DNA of 64,000 nucleotides, from NCBI GenBank assembly GCA_963805625.1, contig CAWDVE010000013.1, positions 610,458 through 674,457 of the forward strand, in the 5' to 3' direction. Below are positions 20,385 to 32,020 of this stretch, one piece after another. Both the position numbers and the translations under genes were made by a program. The notes under the pieces were generated by a model. It saw only the letters and a list, made by a program, of their open reading frames with translations, was not told the DNA's origin and searched no databases. Source of the DNA: an uncultured Candidatus Rokubacteria bacterium. GTDB lineage: Bacteria; Methylomirabilota; Methylomirabilia; Rokubacteriales; DASRDR01. Within the stretch, counting starts at the first letter, position 1. Every line of letters starts with the position of its first letter.

Positions 20385-21762
20385 ATGCCGCATCGAACGA
20401 CGGAAAAGGTGAGCCTCTCAAGAGGCTTTGGGATCCTTGTCTGCGCTGCCATAGCGGTACTATCGCAGTCGAGCACAGTGTTCGCCAAGAACATCACGGC
20501 CGCCAGCTGTGGTCAGTCCGCCGTGCAGACTGCCATCAACTCGGCGCTCGATGGTGACACGATCGTCATTCCGGCAGGTTCCTGCACGTGGACTAAGACG
20601 GTCGTGGTCGGGAACGTAGATACCCACGCTGGCGTGATTCTCACCCTGCAGGGCGCGGGCATTGACCAGACCATCATCACCCACAAGGTCGATCCCAATG
20701 CTGCAACCACGTACCCGTTCCTCTCCAATGCCTTATCCTTCAATTCAAAGGACGGCGGCATCTCCCGTATTACAGGTATTACGTGGCGCGGCGGCGGCGT
20801 GAGCGACCCCTACAACAAGGGGATGATCAATGTCTTGGGCCCGTCCAGCCAGTTCCGCGTGGATCACTGCAAGTTCGTTCCGAATGGGACCTACGCTCTC
20901 GGCTTCGACGGCTATGTCCGCGGCGTAGTCGACCATAACATATTCGATGTGTCTGCTGCGCGTGGCTACGGAATTTATAGTCCATCATAGTGGTTGGGGC
21001 GGGAAAGGGGGCTACGGCGACGCATCCTGGGCAAGTGCCGATTCATTCGGAACCGCTGAAGCGATGTTCGTCGAGGACAACACGTTTACGAACAATCAAT
21101 CCGTCGCTGGCTGGTATTTCGCCAACGACGGCTGGAGCGGCGACCGGGTCGTCTATCGCTACAACGCCTATACGAACACGGTCTGGACCAACCACGGTAG
21201 CGAAACAGGAGGACGTTGGCGAAGTGAGCGGCAATACGAGGTATATAACAACAGGTTTTCGCTGACTAATGGCGCTGGTGTATCTACACTCGTGGGAAGT
21301 CGGGGTGGCACGGGTGTGGTGTACAACAACACCGCCTCGCTCACGAATGGCGCATACATCAACCACTTTAGCGACTTGTCAGACTATCGCGCCACCGACT
21401 GGACGCGGGCCTATTCGCCGTGGGGCTGGTGCAACGGGGCGAACGTCTGGGATGGCAATTCAGACAAATCTGGGTACCCGTGCCTGGACCAACCAGGCCG
21501 GGGCCGCGGGAACCTGCTGTCGGGTATCGACCCGACCCCGCAAGCGTGGCCGCAACAGGTGAGCTCACCGGTATACGCGTGGAATAACACCGTTAACGGC
21601 GCGCTAGCGAAGCTCGTCTCGAATGCGCCGGCGGTGGTCGCCGAGAATCGCGACTTCTTTAACAGCGCCAAGCCCGGCTACACGGCCTACCAGTACCCAC
21701 ATCCCCTTGTCACGTCGTCAGCGACGCTTCCAGCACCGACGGACCTCCAAGTCACGCCGTGA
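20385..21762 (+). CDS. Secreted right-handed beta-helix (pectin-lyase-like) protein (frameshift near 20980)
   Basis: GGAGG RBS, signal peptide ending VFA, 'VQTAINSALDGDTIVIPAGSCTW', 'LQGAGIDQT', Asn-ladder repeats (VDHN, EDNTF, YNN). C-terminus 'PGYTAYQYPHPL...LPAPTDLQVTP'. Confidence 0.72.
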
Positions 21763-21950
21763 TGGGATCCCTCGGCCGGTGATGGGAGGTTGACGCCCAA
21801 CGTGACACGAGGCCAGCGCGTAGCACTGTAGGCGGGCAGTCCCAGTGTCGCCACGTGTTCGGGAGTTAGGCCCACAGGCTAGCTGACTCCGCTCGATTCG
21901 CCCGCCTGGTAGGCGCAGTTACAGCGATAGCACTGTGTACACGCCTCCTC

Positions 21951-23121
21951 GTGCTCGTCGCTTTCTGGCCGACCTGGCTCTGGCAGTCCGGTCACATCCA
22001 GGACGACTGGAACAAGCTGGCGATCGATTGGATCGACTTCGGAACGTTCGGTTTCACCCCCGGGGTACCCAGCATACAGCGCGGACCTATGTTTCCGGTC
22101 TTGCTGACCCCGCTTTACCTCCTATTCGGTGAGCACTATGCGGCGATGGAGTATCGCCTTGCTTCTCTTCGATACTGGCACGGTCCTCCTTCTCATGTTG
22201 CTCGGACGTAGACTGTGGGGACAGAGGGCCGCGCTCCTCGCGGGTTTCTTTCATGCGATCTACCTTGCCGATCGTTTATTACACAGCGAACATCGAGCAG
22301 TTCACCACCGTTCTTCCCGTTCGTATTTCTGTGGTTCTACCTTGTCTCGGTCGGGCGACCAAAAGGAGGTGGACACGCGCCACTACGTCATGTTGGGGCT
22401 GGTGGCCGGCATTCTCATGCTGAGCAAATCGGTCTACCTACCCGTGGTCATCGGTTCGGCCGCTGGTCTCCTGTGGTTTGATCGGAAGCGACATTTAAGA
22501 GTCGCTCTCGGACACGTGACGGTTCTACTCGTCGTGGCAGGTCTGCTGCTCGCACCCTGGAGCTATCGTAACTATCTCGTCAGTGAAGGCCGATTCATTC
22601 TGGTTCAGTCATATTTCTGGGAACCTTTCTGGCAGAAGTTCGTGATCTCGGACCTTGACGCGCGTGAAGGCATGCTGCGGCCAGCGGGAAGAACGCTCCA
22701 GTATCTACTCGCTCGACAGAAGGAGCTCATCGAAGGATTGGGAGATGGCAATGTCGAGCGACTCTCCGGGCCCGCCAAAGAGCTCTATCGCGAGAACGCC
22801 TTCAAGGGACAAGTCCTCGATTGGATCAGAAGGAATCCGGCTTCATACGTACGGAACGTGCGAAGCAATGTGTGGTACTTCTGGGTCGGCGCGGAGAATC
22901 TTCAGAAGACGCTGCTCATGGCTGGCATGCAGCTGCCTCTGCTTGGCGCTGCGACTATGGGTCTGTGGTTGCGTTCCGATACCGTCGGATTCGTACGTGT
23001 GCGATTCGGCGTGGCACTCGTAGTGATTCTGTGGGCCGAGCACACGATTATCTTTGCTTGGGGACGTTTCTCTCTCGACACCGTTCCGGTGCTGGCCGTT
23101 CGTCTTCGGAGTAGGTCTTGA
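21951..23121 (+). CDS. ArnT/PMT-like (GT-C) membrane glycosyltransferase, several frameshifts, ends approximate
   Basis: 'RGPMFP', 'LGRRLWGQRAALLAGFFHAIY', 'LLAPWSYRNY', 'WIRRNPASY', 'RFSLDTVP', multiple TM segments spread over several frames. Confidence 0.65.
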
Positions 23122-23185
23122 TGCCTGGTTCAGCCGCTGGGAGCAGCAGCGCGCGGCGGGAGGGGCCGCGGCGTCGAACTGTCGA

Positions 23186-24729
23186 CTATCCAGCGCCGAC
23201 TCGATGTGTCTCCGACTTGAGCGTCTGTTCGAGGGTCGTCGTCGGCGTCGTGAGCGGCCGCGCCTCGACAATGATCTGATACGCGAACAGCCGTGGCCGT
23301 AGCTTGATGAGGAGCATGTTGATCTTTTCGAGCCATCGCGCCGTACGCGGCGAGAAGCCGAGGCTCCGGAACGGGAATGGGATGAAAATCTGACGCTGCA
23401 CGAGGAAGCCGGTCTGCTCAAGCAGGTTCAGGAACGTGTGGACGGAGAAGAGCCGCTTGTGCGACACGTCCAGGATGCCCCGCTGGCCATAGTTGAAGTG
23501 GCCCACGAGCAGCATCAGACGCACGATGAAGAATGCCACGTTCGCGGTGCTGCAGATGAACCGTGGGGGGTGCTTGTATGGGAGGCCTGAGAGCTGGAGC
23601 AGAAGTCGCTCGGGCACCGTCAAGTGCTGGAGTACGTCCAGCATCAGGAGCACATCGAAGTCCCCTTCACTGACGAGGGCAACGAGGCGACTCTTCCTCG
23701 GCATCGGGGTCGATTTGTTCGTAGCGGAAAAGACTCGGTGCGACTGTGGACGGCGGAAGCATGTCCACTCCAGTCACGCGACAGCCGCGCCGCGCGAGCT
23801 GCTCCCCGGCGTACCCGGTGGAGCACCCGATGTCGAGCACCCGCGAGTGGTCCGGAATGAGGTCAGGCCTACTGCATACGGCCGAATGTGGCGTGGGTAG
23901 CTCTGACTTGGAATCATAAAGCGGGTGGATCGACTTGGTGGTGCGCTTGTTGAAGACGACGTCGGGATGGTATCTCACGTCGTAGAACAGGTGGTACTTC
24001 TGAAGCATGAATCGAATGCTGGCCTTGATAACGTTCTTTGCGTACCGGAATCCGTCGACGTGACAGATCTCGTCCCCGTATCTGGTAGGGATGTTAACTT
24101 CGACGAACTTGGCGCCGTCGTTGATGAGCTGGAGGAGTATCTCAGTGTCGAAGTGGAAATCGTTGGTATTGAGGGCGAACCCAATCCGTGAGAGTGCCCG
24201 CGTGGAATAGGCCCGATACCCCGTGTGCCATTCGCTGAAATGCACGCTGGCCAATCGATTCTGAATGGTGGTCAGGATTCGGTTCCCGACGTACTTGTAC
24301 GCGGGCATCCCGCCCCGAAGGGGCGAGTAGCGCGTGCCAAACCGCACACCCAGAACGCACCCTACGTCCGGGTCCCTCTCGAACGGGTGGAGTAATTCTG
24401 GCAATGCCCGTGGCGTGTACTGGTTGTCACCGTGCAACATCACCACCACGTCGAACTGTTCACGGATCGCGTAGGCGTAGCCGACCTTCTGATTACCACC
24501 GTAGCCTTGATTGATCGCGTTCCTGACCACACGCACGTTCGTCAGGTTGTGTCGAGCAACGTAGGCGCGCGCGACCTCGACCGTCCGGTCCTGGGAAGCG
24601 TCATCGATTAAGAGGATCTGGGTGTCGTGGCTGTTCCTGTACGAGAGAGGAATGTCGTCAAACACACTCTCGATGTGGCGCTCCGCGTTATAGGAGACGA
24701 TGAAGATTAGAAGTTTAATGGCGAACCAT
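23186..24729 (-). CDS. Bifunctional GT2 (DPM-synthase-like) / class I SAM methyltransferase, frameshifts; start approximate
   Basis: 'IFIVSYNAE', 'IDDASQD', 'NQGYGGNQK', 'HGDNQY', 'WHTGYRAY', then 'VLDIGCSTG', 'LDVLQHL', 'GILDVSH'. Confidence 0.8.
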
Positions 24730-24772
24730 CCTTATGATTCCGTTTCGCTCGCGATATGGGTGTGAAAGATCA

Positions 24773-24892
24773 AGCAAGGAAATTGCCAGAGGCGGATTGC
24801 ATTCAACTACCCGATTTAATGGATGTTTCTGAAAGGATGGATCCATACTGAGGTAACCATCCGGCTGCCCGGAACATGAAAGGTCTTGCACA
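24773..24892 (-). promoter_or_regulatory. Sigma54 promoter with IHF-like site and upstream enhancer-like motif
   Basis: TGGCAATTTCCTTGCT (24788-24773). AATCGGGTAGTTG (24816-24804) lies 15 nt upstream. TGTGCAAGACCTTTCATG at 24892-24875. Confidence 0.7.
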
Positions 24893-24941
24893 CCCTGGGC
24901 AGCTATCCTCCATTATCCTAGGTGGCGTGCCCGGCCCTTAG

Positions 24942-26405
24942 CAGCCCGTGGTGGAAGTGCCGAGACTCAGCGAGCGGGCGCGACGATCCATGGCGTGGGC
25001 AGGACGGGGCGGATCGGTTCCCAGATCGTCCAGAGACGCGTCACGGGCGCCCAGAGGTGATCGGCAAGTGCTCCGAGGGCGATGTCGAGCGCACCCGGGG
25101 CGAAACGGCGTCCCTGCAGCCCTCGCGGCGTGCCGCGCCCGAACGCGTGCCGCATGACGAGGCCGAGATTGAAGGCGCTCGCGTGCACGAGCAGTCGCTT
25201 GAGGATGTTCGGGTGCCCGCGCAAGTGCGTGCGCCGGAGACCGCCGGTGTCATAGACGTGGGCGAACGAGCGTTCGACGTACTCGCCGCGGCAGCGCAGC
25301 AGCCGCTTGCCGCGCGCGCCGCGCACCCGCCGGCGATTGCCGTAGACCGGACCCTGCGCCTCCGGCGTCTTCGTCCAGTCCCGGCGGCCACGCTCGGGCT
25401 CGGCGATGTAGGATCGGACCTCGACCGCCTGGAGGTCGACCATCGTTTGGTTGCTGTGATACCCCTTGTCGGCGACGATCTCGGTCAGCTCCGCCGGCGC
25501 GTCGCGCTCCGCGTGCGCCGCCTCGATCTGTTCCGCGGCGGCGATGGCGGTCTCCACGAGGCTCGTCGTATCCCCGACATCCGCGCCCTGCAGCGTGACC
25601 GCCACGAGCGCGCCGCTGTCCAGATCCACGGCGTGCTCGGCCTTGTGCGCCAGGTGCGTGCGCCCGTCTTTCATCTTGGTGATCTTCGCGTCCGGATCGA
25701 ACGGGTTCTGCCAGTCCCTGTTCGACGTCCGCTTCTTCCGCCGGCGATCGAGGCGCGCCAAGGCCTCACGGGTCGGCGTCTTGATGCCCGACTCGACCGC
25801 GAGCCGGGTCAGGAACTCCTGGTAGCGCTCGCCGGTGTCGCGCCGCACGATGCTGCGCATGGCGGCGTTCGCCTCCAGCGTCGTCGCGTCGATCGCGACG
25901 GTGCGCCCCGTGAGCAGCCCGGCCGCGACCAGGCGCTCCTGCACCCACGTGAAGATGGCCCGATGGATCTCGACGGGGATCAAGCGTCGCGTGCGCGAGA
26001 TCGTCGAATGATCCGGGGCCGCGGTGTCGAGGCCCAGCCCGACGAAGCTGCGCACGGCGAGCGAATCGGCCGCGCGCCAGGCGATGCCCCGCTCCGAGTC
26101 GAGCCCCTCGAAGTAGCCGAGCAGCAGCAACCGGAAGTACCGTCCCGGCAGCAGGCTCGGTCGCCCCATCACCGGCGCGTAGCATGGCCGACACTGCGCC
26201 TCCGCGAACCGGTCGAAGCCGGCCTCGTCGAGGATGGCGTTCAGCCGCGCGTAAAAGGGATGGCCCGGCGACACCGGGAGGTCGCGTGGTCGGAATCCAC
26301 ATCAGCGCTTGCTCGCTCGTGCGTTTGCCCATCGCCATGCGTCGCAGTGTACGCGGCCCACACGCGGCCATGGAAGACCTATTCGCCGACTTTCACCACG
26401 GGCTG
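24942..26405 (-). mobile_element. Complete insertion sequence, IS1182-type (IS5/IS4-like DDE)
   Basis: 17-bp terminal inverted repeats CAGCCCGTGGTGGAAGT (24942-24958) and ACTTTCACCACGGGCTG (26389-26405), 1 mismatch. 4-bp TTAG direct repeats at 24938-24941 and 26406-26409. Confidence 0.9.
24967..26338 (-). CDS. DDE transposase (one frameshift near 26285)
   Basis: 'GRPSLLP..YFRLLLLGYFEGLDSERGI', 'PDHSTISR', 'IDAT', 'DPDA', 'ADKGY', 'VERSFAH'. N-terminus MAMGKR..MWIPT is in a shifted frame. Confidence 0.9.
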
Positions 26406-27274
26406 TTAGGGCGGTGTGTTCACGTTGCGGCTCTACCCGACAGCCCCCTGGGTAGAGTTCCATGTGCCCGCCTCCTCGTACACCGCCAGCGGTCGGCGCC
26501 GACGGCGATGGTCCGCGCCCAGGGGGCCGCGTGATATGCCCGGGGACGGTGATTCTGCGCCCGGGCTGGCCGGCAGGCCCGGGTGTCGGGGAGCTCCAAC
26601 AGACCGAGGACGCCGAGCACACGTAAGTTCACGAAGCGACACCGTCACAGTCGAGCCGGTCGACCTGGCCCTCGCGGGCGTCGTCGACCGCACGGATCCC
26701 GGGCTCTCGGTGGCGCCGGAGGCCCCTCGACGGTCCGATCCCGCGGCGCGAAAAGCACCTCGCGGGGCCGCCGCCGCCGGCGCCCACCCGCCAGTGCCCG
26801 GCGGGCAAGGTACACCTCCGCGTCATGAAAAAGTTCCAGGATCTGGCCGGCGACTGGCACTTCGCGGACTACTCCGCCGATGTACCTCGACGAGGTGTCG
26901 GCACGTGAGGCCATCCGGCTCGGGGTCGGAGTCGAGGTGGCCGAGTGAGACACGAGGACTGCGGGCAACAAGCCGGGGCATGGGCCGTGTCCCGAGTCGA
27001 GCCGCGTGGGGGGCCCGCGCCAGGTCGTCCAGTCTCCAGCTCCACGCGGTGCCGCTCCGTGAACGCCACCCCCGAGAGGCCAACCCCCGGCCGCGGGGGG
27101 CGGCCGTCGCCAAACCTGTCCGCGCGCCCCGCGCGTTTGGCACCTCGTGATCAGGATGTCGGGCGTCTCCAGCGCGCGCGGGACCGCCATCTCTGAGTGC
27201 TCCAAAAGAGACACGCGCTCTGCGCTGTCGCGATGATCGCTGAGTCGAACATGGACGCTGCTCTTTCGAGACCC

Positions 27275-27853
27275 TCAGCGATCGGTATGAGGCGATGAAT
27301 GCGACCGTGCTGCTCTTTGGCGGTGAAGAATCGCGAGTGCTCCGAGCGACGTTCCGAGCAACAGGAAGGTCGAGGGCTCGGGCACGGTGAACCTATATAC
27401 CCAAATTGGCGTGCCGATGTTGCATGCGGGCAGGCCGAAGCCTGGCCCGCAACCAGGCTCGACCACGCCCTGGCCGACAAAGTCGAAGCCGTCGCCGACG
27501 TTCAGATGCCCGGTGGCCGTGAATGGGGCGGGCAGGCTCGCGAACGGCTCCGTCGTCAGTGTGAACACGCCGCAGGTGGGCAGCGGAGGCGCGCCGCACA
27601 CGGTCCCGTCGACCTCGACGTTCGCATTGCCTCCAAAGGAGCTGCCGAGCGGGATTGTGATTGAGCTGCCGGGCCCGCCGGAAAAGGAAAATGGCAGTGT
27701 CACGGACACGGAAAAGCCGTCTCCGTCAAAGCTGGCGGAGATGTCTGCCGGATAGAGATTGACGAATCCATCAGTGGCGATGGGCGTCGCGTGTGCTGCG
27801 CTGGCTAGCCCCGTCACCGCGGCGAGCGCGATCGCTACAAGGAGCGTTCCCAT
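27275..27853 (-). CDS. PEP-CTERM sorting-domain protein (~192 aa)
   Basis: GGAGG RBS, signal peptide ending AHA-TPI, Gly/Ser/Thr-rich body, C-terminal 'VPEPSTFLLLGTSLGALAILHRQR'. Confidence 0.92.
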   Translation of the reverse strand: MGTLLVAIALAAVTGLASAAHATPIATDGFVNLYPADISASFDGDGFSVSVTLPFSFSGGPGSSITIPLGSSFGGNANVEVDGTVCGAPPLPTCGVFTLTTEPFASLPAPFTATGHLNVGDGFDFVGQGVVEPGCGPGFGLPACNIGTPIWVYRFTVPEPSTFLLLGTSLGALAILHRQRAARSHSSPHTDR

Positions 27854-27884
27854 GGGCGCCTCCCTGAAAGAGGAATTGGCGAGG

Positions 27885-27926
27885 ACTGTGCACCGCTCCC
27901 TATCGTATGTCAATAGACCACTGGTC
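27885..27926 (-). promoter_or_regulatory. Candidate sigma70 promoter and adjacent palindrome for the PEP-CTERM gene
   Basis: TTGACA (27913-27908)-N17-CACAGT (27890-27885). GACCA-N-TGGTC palindrome at 27916-27926. Confidence 0.4.
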
Positions 27927-28272
27927 CGTATCTCGGAATCAGAGTCCCCAGCCCGCTGGCTCCCCGATGCTCTGCGCGATCCTCCGCGCCCCGGCCCGCC
28001 TCGGTGATCCGGCTGATGTCTGAGGCGGAACGGATGGGCAGCGCGCTCAGGTAGTCGACGGCTCACCTCCAAGAAGGCATCGCCCCGCGCCACGGCGCGA
28101 CTTCGACGGCCTCGGAGTCCGGCTGGCGCCCGAGGCTGGGTCCGCGGTAGGGTCGGAGCGGCGGCTTCTGGCTTCGGAGACGACGGGGAGATCCCATGAG
28201 GCTCCCTGATTGGCGGGGCATCTCCGCGGCCCGGTTGCGGCGGCGACTTGTTTAGAGTAAAAATCACGGAGG

Positions 28273-29274
28273 GTGCTCCCGAACCTGCTGCGGTGTGTCT
28301 CGTTCGCAATACTGTCCGCGGTCGCTGGCTGTGACCTGGCAGTGAACGAGCCGCCGAGGAGCTCTCTGCCGCCAACGATACTCGTGCCGTTGCCCGAACA
28401 CCGCGGGCTGGCCGCGCGCTACCCGAGGGACACACGGCTGGCGACCGATCCGGCCGTGGTCTTTGCCGACGATGTCGAATCGTCCACCACCGGGGTGCTG
28501 CCGGACGGGTTGGCCGCCGAGCAACGGACTGCCTGGAACAACCCGTGGGATCGCGCGTGGGGCGGTTCGCGGATCACCGATGATCCTGAACACGTGCATG
28601 CCGGGCACCGGGCGCTCGAGTTCCGCATGAACGGGCCGGGGGCCATCGGAGTGGGGAAATACATTCGCCGCGGGTTCGACCGACTCTTCTTTCGTTACTA
28701 CATCAAGTACGACGACGCATTCCCCGGCGCACACCATGTGGGCGCTGGGATCGCGGCCCGCGCGCCGGGCGTGCCAGATGCGAATCCTGGCGTCAAGCCA
28801 GACGGCACCAATCAGTTCGATGTGTTGCTTGACCACTGGAGCTTTGACGCGGGGGGGCCGCCGCCCGGACACCTGGTGGCGTACGTGTACCACATGGACC
28901 AACAGCACCAGTGGGGAGAACAGTTCTATCCCTCAGGCAGGACACTACCGGGAGTAAACGGTGCGCGGGGGATCTTCGGCCCCTCGTTCGTCCCGCGGAA
29001 GGACTTCGTACCCGTGCGCGGCCGCTGGTATTGCTACGAGTTCATGGCGCAGGCCAACACGCCGGGACAGCGCGACGGGCGCGTGGCGTTCTGGGTCGAC
29101 GGACGTATCGCCGCGGACTTCCCGAATCTGCGATTCAGAAGTGTGGACGCACTCAAAATCAACCGTGTGGACGTCGGCATGTATGAAAGCCGGCACAACG
29201 GACTCCACCGCGTATGGATTGACGATGTCGTCGTGGCCACAGCCTATATCGGGCCGATGACCGCAGATCGGTAG
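28273..29274 (+). CDS. Lipoprotein with concanavalin/polysaccharide-lyase-like beta-sandwich
   Basis: Lipobox 'VAGC'. 'GLAARYPRD...DPAVVFADD', 'LFFRYYIKYD', 'GRWYCYEFM..NTPGQRDG..FWVDG', 'WIDDVVVAT.YIGP'. Confidence 0.65.
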   Translation: MLPNLLRCVSFAILSAVAGCDLAVNEPPRSSLPPTILVPLPEHRGLAARYPRDTRLATDPAVVFADDVESSTTGVLPDGLAAEQRTAWNNPWDRAWGGSRITDDPEHVHAGHRALEFRMNGPGAIGVGKYIRRGFDRLFFRYYIKYDDAFPGAHHVGAGIAARAPGVPDANPGVKPDGTNQFDVLLDHWSFDAGGPPPGHLVAYVYHMDQQHQWGEQFYPSGRTLPGVNGARGIFGPSFVPRKDFVPVRGRWYCYEFMAQANTPGQRDGRVAFWVDGRIAADFPNLRFRSVDALKINRVDVGMYESRHNGLHRVWIDDVVVATAYIGPMTADR

Positions 29275-29434
29275 CAACCGACGACGTGGTGCAGCGGCGT
29301 GGGACGTGGAATACGCCTTCACCACTGTAGAGGGCAGAGCGCAGGGCGTTGACGTCGTCGCCTGCCACCGCAATTTGCGAGGGGGTCCGCTATCTCGACG
29401 TTGGCGCGGGGTACGGCGGGTTCCCAATTGGCTT

Positions 29435-29950
29435 TCAGTCGAGCGGGGGGCCGCCGATCCCGATTTGCTGGCTGTCTCGGGCGCGCTGCTGCGCGACGCC
29501 CCGTGCACCGCCAAGATGATCCCGAGGGACGCGATGGACGCCGCCTTCAGGGCGTCGCTCGGCAGCTTCGACGTAATTACCTGCAACGACGTTATCATCG
29601 CCCGGAAAGCGGGCCTGGGCGACATGCACGAGGCATTCGCGGGGGTATGCGTCCAAGATCGTCCACACTCGAATCGCGTGCCCCGTGGCCAACGTGTCAA
29701 GCAGGAAATCCATCGTCCAACGCTCGTCGGGCCGCGTGGCCGGGTTGCCGACCCCGACGCGAGCTCACGCTCCGATGCCGCTTCGGCCGACACCGCTTCG
29801 ACGTCAGGCCCTCGTCGGTGTACAGCCGGCAGATCCGCTTGTGATTCACCCGCCAGCCCTCACGCCGGAGCAACACATGGAGCCGCCGATACTCGTACCG
29901 GACGCGCACCGCCGACAACTCCCGCAGCCGGCTTCGGAGGGACGCCTGGG
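29435..29950 (-). pseudogene. IS3-family transposase (OrfB) remnant
   Basis: 'YRRLHVLLRREGWRVNHKRICRLYTDEGL' and 'MDFLLDTLATGHAIRVWTILDAYPRECL' lie in broken frames. Confidence 0.85.
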
Positions 29951-30027
29951 GCGGTCGCCCGATTGGTCTGGATGCCCGACGCGCGACGCTCAGGGCGCGG
30001 TAGGCACGGCGCAGGTGGAGCAGGAGC

Positions 30028-30526
<499 letters not shown>

Positions 30527-30527
<1 letters not shown>

Positions 30528-32020
30528 CAGGCCCGCGCGCCGGCTCGCCACCGACCGCGTGCCAGGCACCACTCAAGGGCGGCCAGCACCTCACGCTTCA
30601 ACGGATGTCCGGTACCCATGATCGCGATCAGCCAGGCGGACGTGGAGACCATCGCCACTAGGGAAAGGGTCAGCGGCAGAAAGGTCAAGCGATGGGAACC
30701 CGCCTGCATCGCGACCACGGCGGGGATCAGGGTGCACGCGGTGACCATCGCGCTGGGCCGCATGGCCCGCACGATATCCAGGAGCGAGATCCTCAGCAGC
30801 GGGCAGAGGTAACCCAGGTAGATTGCGCCACCCAAGACCATCGTGGCCACCTGGGCTCCGGCGACTGCCATGAGCCCCCACTGCACCGCTACCAGCACGA
30901 GGAGAATCCTGACCGGCTGCATGAGCAGCTCGCCGGTCAGGATCTTTCTCACGTGTCCCAGTCCCATGATGACCTGAGTCGATGTCAACCAGATCGCGTA
31001 GACGGCGCCAGACACGCATAACGCGGCCGCGATCGGAGCGGCCTCGATCCAGGCGGGCCCGAACAGCACGCGGATGAGGGGTTCTGCGGTCAGCGCCAGG
31101 ACCCCGTAGAACGGCCATGCCACACCGGTCATGTACGTGACCGATTTCAGATAGGCTCCCTTCAGGTCGCCTCCTGCTCGGTGGGCGGATGCGAAACCGG
31201 GGAGGAGTACGCGGTACACGGTGGTGCCGATATCGCGGTTGAAGAGGGCGACCGTGCCCTGGGCGCGCACGTAGAGGCCGACGGCCGTGAAAGTGAGGTA
31301 GCGGGGCACGATCAAGTTTGCCGCTTGCATGCCGAGCGCGCTCGAGAGAGACGCGAGGGTCGACTGAAAGCCGAAAGGGAGTACGCGCCGCCACTCGGTG
31401 AGACGCAGTCGAATCCGCGCGTCCGCCCATCGAAACCGGAAGACAAGCGCCAGTATCACAACATTGCTGGCGAGAGATCCCCAGGCGAGGCTCAGGTAGC
31501 TCGCTCCCAGAGCGGCCAGCGAGACCGCAACGACGGCGTAGACCAACGCGGCGGCGATACCGATCCGACACAGGAAAGCGAATTCCATGTGGCGCTGCAG
31601 CCTGGCCATCGCCGGCGCGGTCAAGGGTGCGACGACAAGACCGACCGCGAGAAGCTGAAGGACGGGAATCAAGCCGGGCTCCCGGTAGAAAGCGGCGATC
31701 GAACCCGAGCCTAGCCAGACGACGGCGGCGAAACCCACGCTGAGCAGGACAGTCAGCGACATCGCGGTGCCGTAGCGCTCCTCGGTTAGGTCCGGCTCCT
31801 GGATGATGTACTGCGTCATGCCAAGGTCGCGCATGCTCTGAAGGATCAGGAGGATTGATGTCCCAACGGAGAAGACCCCAACTTCGGCGGGCGTCAGGAG
31901 CCGTGCGATCACGACCGATGACGCGAACTGGATTCCTGTCGAGACGTACCGTTCGAGCAGCGCGAGCAGTAAGGATCGGCGAATGCTCGTCGGCACGGAT
32001 TGCGTTGAAACGGGTATCAT
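30527..32020 (-). CDS. wzx: Wzx-type oligosaccharide flippase
   Basis: 'ARLLTPAEVGVF', 'DLGMTQYIIQ', 'VGLYVRA', 'LFGPAW', many TM helices. Confidence 0.88.

Noticed and set aside
24922-26409. 495-aa plus-strand ORF and other long antisense ORFs (e.g. 54521-56488, 12023-13444)
   Set aside because: Shadow ORFs opposite well-supported genes, expected at high GC.
26410-27270. Coding genes or a terminator after the IS (hairpin CTCTACCC/GGGTAGAG near 26430-26457; short coding-like stretch near 26800-26948)
   Set aside because: No U-tract and no recognisable protein motif. Probably degraded sequence.
27877-27892. Plus-strand sigma54 site TGGCGAGGACTGTGCA
   Set aside because: It has three mismatches, points away from the adjacent gene and lacks the IHF/enhancer partners. 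A sigma70 reading on the minus strand fits better.
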